DNA from: a virus
Taxonomy: Duplodnaviria > Heunggongvirae > Uroviricota > Caudoviricetes
Reading direction: 5' to 3' (one strand)
DNA length: 64,000 nt
Virus record (IMG/VR): IMGVR_UViG_3300028886_000031
Span: 1-64,000 of that record
Below the pieces are notes generated by a model. It ran no database searches and had not been told where the DNA came from. It saw nothing but the letters and a program-made list of their open reading frames with translations. Shown here one piece after another: positions 58,752 through 64,000 of this stretch. The translations under genes and the position numbers were made by a program. Position 1 is the stretch's first letter. Each line of letters starts with the position of its first letter.

Positions 58752-59654
58752 ATGTTTTCTTCTAATCTTAAAAACAATATAGATAAAATTTATCTAAAAG
58801 TTTGTGATAATAGTTGTGAGGTTTTTATAGATATAGATAAATTTACGGAATTCATAGAATATATCAAGAAAATTAACAATGTTAAAATAATATTAGATAC
58901 AACAACACTTAAATATAAAAATTTAAATGAACTAATTGAATGTCTAAATTTAAGCGGATTGGATTATATAATTCATTGTAATGATTATAATGATTTTGTA
59001 TATCTAAATAATATATACTATATGATCTATAATCTAACATTACATGTTCCTGGTGATCTTGGAAATACAATATATAGATCAGATAACATAAATTATGTGA
59101 ATTTATATCATAAACTTCAGAACTTAAATATTCATAATGTTTTAAATTTTACAACAACTATTTTTATAGATAAGAAGAACGCATATAAGATATATGAGAC
59201 GTTGTCTATGTTATCTAAATTCAATATTAGTTCATATCTATATATAAAAGATTATACTCGATCTGTAAATTATGATAATCCAAATTTAACAAGCGTAATT
59301 AATTGTCTACAGCCTTCTATTGGCTATAGATTAGCGTTGGATAATATCATAGACAATAAAGAATTGCTAATCAGTAATAGACGGGAATTAAACTTTATAT
59401 ATAACAATCTAGATAAGAAAGATTTAAAATGTAAGATTAATTCAGATCTAAATTTTATTTCTATTAACGAGAAATTTCAAATTAGATTATGTAATAACAT
59501 AGAAGGAAAAAAATGTTCACAACTTAATCCTTTCGAATGTATAGATGATAATGGATATCCAACAGAGAAATTTCTAAATTATATAAAAGAAGATTATAAG
59601 GATTTGTGTTGTGGTTGTAACTGTTATCAAAAATACAATGAAAGGAGTGTATAA
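58752..59654 (+). CDS. degenerate radical SAM/SPASM-like protein
   Basis: Radical-SAM-like spacing but no CxxxCxxC or GGEP; C-terminal C...ISINEKFQIRLC...CCGCNC. Confidence 0.5.
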   Translation: MFSSNLKNNIDKIYLKVCDNSCEVFIDIDKFTEFIEYIKKINNVKIILDTTTLKYKNLNELIECLNLSGLDYIIHCNDYNDFVYLNNIYYMIYNLTLHVPGDLGNTIYRSDNINYVNLYHKLQNLNIHNVLNFTTTIFIDKKNAYKIYETLSMLSKFNISSYLYIKDYTRSVNYDNPNLTSVINCLQPSIGYRLALDNIIDNKELLISNRRELNFIYNNLDKKDLKCKINSDLNFISINEKFQIRLCNNIEGKKCSQLNPFECIDDNGYPTEKFLNYIKEDYKDLCCGCNCYQKYNERSV

Positions 59655-59845
59655 TGGAAGTCATAATTCCAGAAGTTGTTTTTCCGGAAGATGAAGTTAG
59701 AAATAAGAAGAAAAAAGAAAAAGCACCTTCTATGATTGGATATTTATTTAGATTTTGGTTCTTTCTTTTTATTATTAATATAATAAAGCATGCTTGGTTA
59801 ATATTGGTTATTATCCTAATATGGATAATTAGACTTCTTGTATAG
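59654..59845 (+). CDS. small membrane protein
   Basis: 63 aa with hydrophobic C-terminal half; SD AAGGAG. Confidence 0.55.
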   Translation: MEVIIPEVVFPEDEVRNKKKKEKAPSMIGYLFRFWFFLFIINIIKHAWLILVIILIWIIRLLV

Positions 59846-59858
59846 TTTGGAGGTTTTA

Positions 59859-61688
59859 ATGAGTGAACAATACAGTGAGAAAGATATAATAACATTATCT
59901 GAAGTTGAAAGCATCCGGCAAAATCCCGGCATGTTTATTGGTTCTACAGATAATCCGAACCATTTGTTGTATGAAGCGTTAGACAACGCCCTAGACGAAG
60001 CAAACGCCGGATTTGCGGATTTAATATTAGTCTCAATAGATAACAAGAATTCCATCTTTACAGTTGCGGATAATGGTAGAGGAATTCCATTTAAGAATGA
60101 TAAGATTGTAGAAATTACCACTAAACTTTTTAGTGGTGGAAAATTTAGAAAAGGTGAATCTTCTACTTCATATAAAGCAGCTATTGGTATGCATGGAGTT
60201 GGACTTGTTGCAGTCAATGCTTTAAGTGAATGGATGGAAGTTCTTGTATATAGAGAGAATAAGAAGGTCTTTTATAGATTCGAAGATAGTAAGGTTGTAA
60301 AACATACAGAAGAGGATTTTGATAGTTCTAAAAGACCATGTTCTACATGTATTAAATTTAAGCCCATAAAGAAGTACTTTGAAGATGATAAGATAGATGT
60401 TAAACCAGTTAGAACAAGATTGGAATTGGCATCTGTTCATATAGACAAGTTAAGATTAATATCTGTTGCGGATGGCAAAAAAGAAGTCATCAAAATGACA
60501 ATGGAAGAATATTTTAACAAAAATTATTTTGGGGAAACTGATGCAAAGAATATATCTCCCATGTTTAATTTCATAGAACAGATTAAAGGTGAGGAACTGA
60601 GAATCGTTTTTGGATGGGATATGAATAAGTATTGTCCATCGGTAACTGGAGGATGTATTAATATTCTACCAGTTAAAGAGGGAACACATATAGCTTCAGC
60701 TTTATCCGTATTTCAATCTGTATTTGAAAATATTGCCAAGAAAGAAAAATTGAGTTATAATGTTAGAGACTTTATGACTGGATTTAGAATGTTTGTCAGT
60801 ATGGAATTGTATCATACTGATTTTACATCTCAATCCAAGGAAAAGTTTTCTACATCTAAGAATAAACTCGAGTTTCTATTTAAAAATGCTGAAAAGAAGA
60901 TAGAAGAGACTCTACGGTCTAATGATGAAGTATTTAACAAGATTATCTATTACATCGATAGTTATAGAAAATCTTTAACAACAAAGAAGACGATTGTTAA
61001 GAATACTGGAACTGTTAATAGATATAATACAAATATAGATGCTAAGTTAAAGGATTGTTCAAGTACAGATGTTCCAAAATGTGAATTGTATATAACAGAG
61101 GGTGATTCTGCATCTGGCGGTCTTGTTCAGTGCAGAAATCCAAAATACCATGCTATATTGGGGTTAAGAGGAAAAGTTCCAAACCTTGGGTCGAAGACTG
61201 TTAATTATTTATCAAACAAAGAGTTTGTTGAAATTATTAATGCTCTTGGAACTGGCTGTGGAAGAGACTTTGACATCTCAGGAATTAAGTATGGAAAGAT
61301 TATATTGGCAACAGATGGTGATGTAGATGGAGATCATATATCAGTTCTTTTAATAACGGCGTTCTTAAGAATGTTTCCAGAGATTATTAAGCAGGGAATT
61401 GTATATAAGGCGTTAATGCCTTTGTATGGTGTAAGAAATTTTGAAGGAAGATTCTTGCCTTTTTATACAGAGGATGAAATGAGAATATTTAAAGAATCCC
61501 ATCCGAATGTAGAAATATCTAGATATAAGGGACTTGGTGAGATGATGCCAAATCAATTAAAAGAGGTATTGCTAAATCCATCTGTTCGTAGATTACAATT
61601 GATTAAATCAGAAGAAGATTTTGAACCTATATTTAAGTTAATGACGGATTCTGAAAGTAAACGAAATCTTATCTTAGACGAAGACTAA
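59859..61688 (+). CDS. type IIA topoisomerase ATPase/TOPRIM subunit (GyrB/ParE-like)
   Basis: EALDNALDE, DNGRGIP, GMHGVG, TEGDSA, LRGK, DGDVDG, RYKGLGEM; SD GGAGG before ATG 59859. Confidence 0.95.
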   Translation: MSEQYSEKDIITLSEVESIRQNPGMFIGSTDNPNHLLYEALDNALDEANAGFADLILVSIDNKNSIFTVADNGRGIPFKNDKIVEITTKLFSGGKFRKGESSTSYKAAIGMHGVGLVAVNALSEWMEVLVYRENKKVFYRFEDSKVVKHTEEDFDSSKRPCSTCIKFKPIKKYFEDDKIDVKPVRTRLELASVHIDKLRLISVADGKKEVIKMTMEEYFNKNYFGETDAKNISPMFNFIEQIKGEELRIVFGWDMNKYCPSVTGGCINILPVKEGTHIASALSVFQSVFENIAKKEKLSYNVRDFMTGFRMFVSMELYHTDFTSQSKEKFSTSKNKLEFLFKNAEKKIEETLRSNDEVFNKIIYYIDSYRKSLTTKKTIVKNTGTVNRYNTNIDAKLKDCSSTDVPKCELYITEGDSASGGLVQCRNPKYHAILGLRGKVPNLGSKTVNYLSNKEFVEIINALGTGCGRDFDISGIKYGKIILATDGDVDGDHISVLLITAFLRMFPEIIKQGIVYKALMPLYGVRNFEGRFLPFYTEDEMRIFKESHPNVEISRYKGLGEMMPNQLKEVLLNPSVRRLQLIKSEEDFEPIFKLMTDSESKRNLILDED

Positions 61689-61716
61689 GAAGTCAAGGAG
61701 GTTCAAAAACTAAGAA

Positions 61717-62070
61717 ATGAGACTAAACAACGAGAACATTCTTAATATATTCGTAGATTATATTCCGGAGCATACTGTCAAAGAATTAACGGAAAAGTAT
61801 GATCATTTGATAATGGGGAGTAATCTATGTATTGTTCGGTATTATGAATTGTACTCGTATAATGTCTTTATATCATATTATGATAAACATGCCAGAACAT
61901 TCTTTGTTACAAACCAAAGAGATTTATGTAAAAGTGTGAGAAAACATATTAGCAAAGCAATATCCATTATTAAAGACCTCATCAAGTTAGATTCCAGTTA
62001 TTCATTAGATAGAAGTATGGATTTATCTAATTTTATTGTAGAGAACTTCGATCACTGGAGGATAGTTTAA
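61717..62070 (+). CDS. hypothetical protein
   Basis: Small ORF in a tightly packed run. Confidence 0.5.
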   Translation: MRLNNENILNIFVDYIPEHTVKELTEKYDHLIMGSNLCIVRYYELYSYNVFISYYDKHARTFFVTNQRDLCKSVRKHISKAISIIKDLIKLDSSYSLDRSMDLSNFIVENFDHWRIV

Positions 62071-62390
62071 TGTCTGCTGATGATTTTTGTAAACAATACG
62101 TAAACGATATGGTAGATAATATACAGAATGTATCTGAATATCATGGAAATACACACTATCGTAATAATATATTCTATTCTTATAGAATGCCTATATGTCA
62201 ACATTTTATGTCAGGATCTCTACATTATTTTGAAATTGTAGATAAAGAGGAATCTCCTTCAGGAACTACAACTAAACATATAAACAAACTTACAAGAGCT
62301 ATACAAAAGAGAGGTGAAACTAATTCTAATATATATATAACTTATGTTCAAGAGATTATAAAACGTGAAAAAAGAAATGAACTGGACTGA
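62070..62390 (+). CDS. hypothetical protein
   Basis: FYSY.MPI...SGTTTKH; SD GGAGG. Confidence 0.6.
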   Translation: MSADDFCKQYVNDMVDNIQNVSEYHGNTHYRNNIFYSYRMPICQHFMSGSLHYFEIVDKEESPSGTTTKHINKLTRAIQKRGETNSNIYITYVQEIIKREKRNELD

Positions 62391-62790
62391 TTTAAAAGAA
62401 GGTATGTTTATTAAGTGGAATCCTTTATGGTCAAGATTACCACTTATAATTCTTTTATGTAGTAAAACTGCGGATGATATATTTATAACACAGCTTATTG
62501 TTGGATTAGGTTATTCAGCTTTTAATTACGATCAATTATTGAGTCCAAAGTATGATAAGTATGGATATACAGAAATGCGAAGGTATAAATTCGAAAATTG
62601 TAAAAATGATATTTCACTATCCACAATAGAAGATAAAACACAGATAGAAAATAGATTAAATACACATGTTGAAAGTTACTATAGAGAGTATTTAATACAA
62701 AAAGAATGGGCTAATAATATTCTAGATTGTGCCAATAAGTATTATAAAACTGAAGCAGAAAGTGAGGAAACGAATGTATCAGGAATCTAA
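62377..62790 (+). CDS. hypothetical protein
   Basis: ATG at 62377 overlapping the previous stop region. Confidence 0.55.
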   Translation: MNWTDLKEGMFIKWNPLWSRLPLIILLCSKTADDIFITQLIVGLGYSAFNYDQLLSPKYDKYGYTEMRRYKFENCKNDISLSTIEDKTQIENRLNTHVESYYREYLIQKEWANNILDCANKYYKTEAESEETNVSGI

Positions 62791-63010
62791 AACAGTTTAT
62801 GTTTTAAATCAAAAATTGGATAGTGGAGTTATTTGTACATCTGTATTTAGAAAATTTGATTCTTGTGTGAAGAGTGTTCTGGATGAAATAGAAATGCACG
62901 ACACAGAACATGATTTAGATAAAGCCGAAAAAGAGTTAAGAGAACAGTCTTATTATTTTGATGGTGCTACAGAGTATTTCATAGAAGATTGTATAATTAA
63001 CGAGGATTAG
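62774..63010 (+). CDS. hypothetical protein
   Basis: SD GAGG before ATG 62774. Confidence 0.55.
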   Translation: MYQESKTVYVLNQKLDSGVICTSVFRKFDSCVKSVLDEIEMHDTEHDLDKAEKELREQSYYFDGATEYFIEDCIINED

Positions 63011-63011
63011 G

Positions 63012-63338
63012 ATGGAAATAGTTACTATAAAAAAAGTTATAGAGGAAACTAAAATTAAATATGTTATTGGTGATATTATAAGAATTAATACTGATAAATA
63101 TTCTAATCAAATTGGAATTATTGTAAGTATAGATCAAGAAAAAGACTTATACTATACTTTTATCTTTAACTGTTCTATAGTTGAATCATTTGAAGGAACA
63201 GATATAGATGCAAATTTTGTATATCATATTCCACTTAAAGATCCTTTTGATATAATAAGATATAAAATAGAAGGTGATGTAGTTAAAACCGAACCAGCTA
63301 TTCGATTATTACCAGCAATGAAGAAGGAGATCACATGA
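63012..63338 (+). CDS. small beta-barrel-like protein, tandem paralogue 1
   Basis: YVIGDII...GII...YY...YHIP. Confidence 0.6.
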   Translation: MEIVTIKKVIEETKIKYVIGDIIRINTDKYSNQIGIIVSIDQEKDLYYTFIFNCSIVESFEGTDIDANFVYHIPLKDPFDIIRYKIEGDVVKTEPAIRLLPAMKKEIT

Positions 63339-63625
63339 AAGCAACAGTAAAGAAAAAGGTTGTAAAGGATGTATCTATAGAATATTCTGTTGGTGATATT
63401 GTAAAAAGTACAACAACAGAAGAATTTGGAATTATTGCAGATGCTATACCACAAGATGATACATATTACATTTTCTTTTTTAAAGATAGTGTTTTAGCAC
63501 CATATAATTCGGAATATATAAGTCCAAGCCCTGTATTTCATGTTCCGATAGATGATATATCAGATATAAGAAGATGTTATTTAGATGGTGATAAAGTTAA
63601 GTCTGTTCCTTTAACAATGAAGTAG
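63335..63625 (+). CDS. small beta-barrel-like protein, tandem paralogue 2
   Basis: YSVGDIV...GII...YY...FHVP. Confidence 0.6.
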   Translation: MKATVKKKVVKDVSIEYSVGDIVKSTTTEEFGIIADAIPQDDTYYIFFFKDSVLAPYNSEYISPSPVFHVPIDDISDIRRCYLDGDKVKSVPLTMK

Positions 63626-63634
63626 GAGTAATGA

Positions 63635-64000
63635 ATGACAAACAAGGAATTCATAGAAAAATTAATGACGTGTAGGGAAGAACGTAAAGTAGAAGATACA
63701 TATAATGAAATGTTGCTTTCTTCCTTTCCTAACATTAATATTCAATATCCACACAATTGTGATGGATGTTTTGAAATAGAAAATGAAAATAAAAAGTTAA
63801 AATGTATACTGGAATACAAGTATGATTACAATCTAAAAGAAAAAACAGATAAATGCAAAGTTATTTCTCAGGTTATAGCTTATCTTAAAAAATTTGATGT
63901 TAATGGTGAAACAATACCGGATGTTGTTTTAATAGGTGATATAAATGAGTGTTTTGTAATATCTACAAGATATCTAATTAAATATTTGGATTTAGAAGGA
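63635..64000 (+). CDS. PD-(D/E)xK nuclease-domain protein, truncated by window edge
   Basis: Not in ORF track. SD AGGAG; MTNKEF...EERKVE...CDG...ILEYK...QVIAYL...GDINECF, open to the end of the window. Confidence 0.6.
   Translation, partial: MTNKEFIEKLMTCREERKVEDTYNEMLLSSFPNINIQYPHNCDGCFEIENENKKLKCILEYKYDYNLKEKTDKCKVISQVIAYLKKFDVNGETIPDVVLIGDINECFVISTRYLIKYLDLEG

Noticed and set aside
11567-61688. Inteins or group I introns in polymerase, helicase, RNAP or topoisomerase
   Set aside because: Conserved motifs are normally spaced; no splice-junction or LAGLIDADG signatures seen
1-64000. Alternative genetic code (TAG/TGA recoding)
   Set aside because: Conserved genes are full length in code 11, and TAA, TAG and TGA all occur at gene ends with tight packing
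1-64000. tRNA or rRNA genes
   Set aside because: No cloverleaf with T-loop and acceptor stem found in the few intergenic gaps by eye; a tRNAscan run would be definitive
1-64000. Apparent abundance of TCTAGA/AGATCT/GATC palindromes as a sign of restriction immunity
   Set aside because: Impression only; cannot be supported without Markov-corrected k-mer counts

Overview
AT-rich, gene-dense, standard-code segment of a large tailed (jumbo-type) phage genome. It has T4-superfamily virion genes (portal, gp13-like neck, gp53-like baseplate wedge, a giant gp5/VgrG-like spike). It has a T4-style replisome (family B DNA polymerase, clamp loader, probable clamp, primase, DnaB/gp41 helicase, RNase H/FEN, UvsX/RecA, type II topoisomerase B subunit) and its own multisubunit RNA polymerase as two unsplit genes (beta' then beta), divergent from a candidate sigma-like specificity factor. 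A 7-deazaguanine pathway (QueE, QueC, TGT/DpdA-like transglycosylase) is interleaved with the replication genes, together with a nucleoside deoxyribosyltransferase-like enzyme and a GT25-like glycosyltransferase. Observations not in the ORF track: a LigD-type 3'-phosphoesterase at the left edge, a PD-(D/E)xK nuclease at the right edge, a ~250-nt highly structured RNA-like element at 30.4-30.6 kb, a repeat- and hairpin-rich strand-switch region at 10.5-11.1 kb, two recurring promoter-like motifs, and at least six enzyme folds that appear catalytically dead. All family calls come from motifs recognised by eye; no searches were run.
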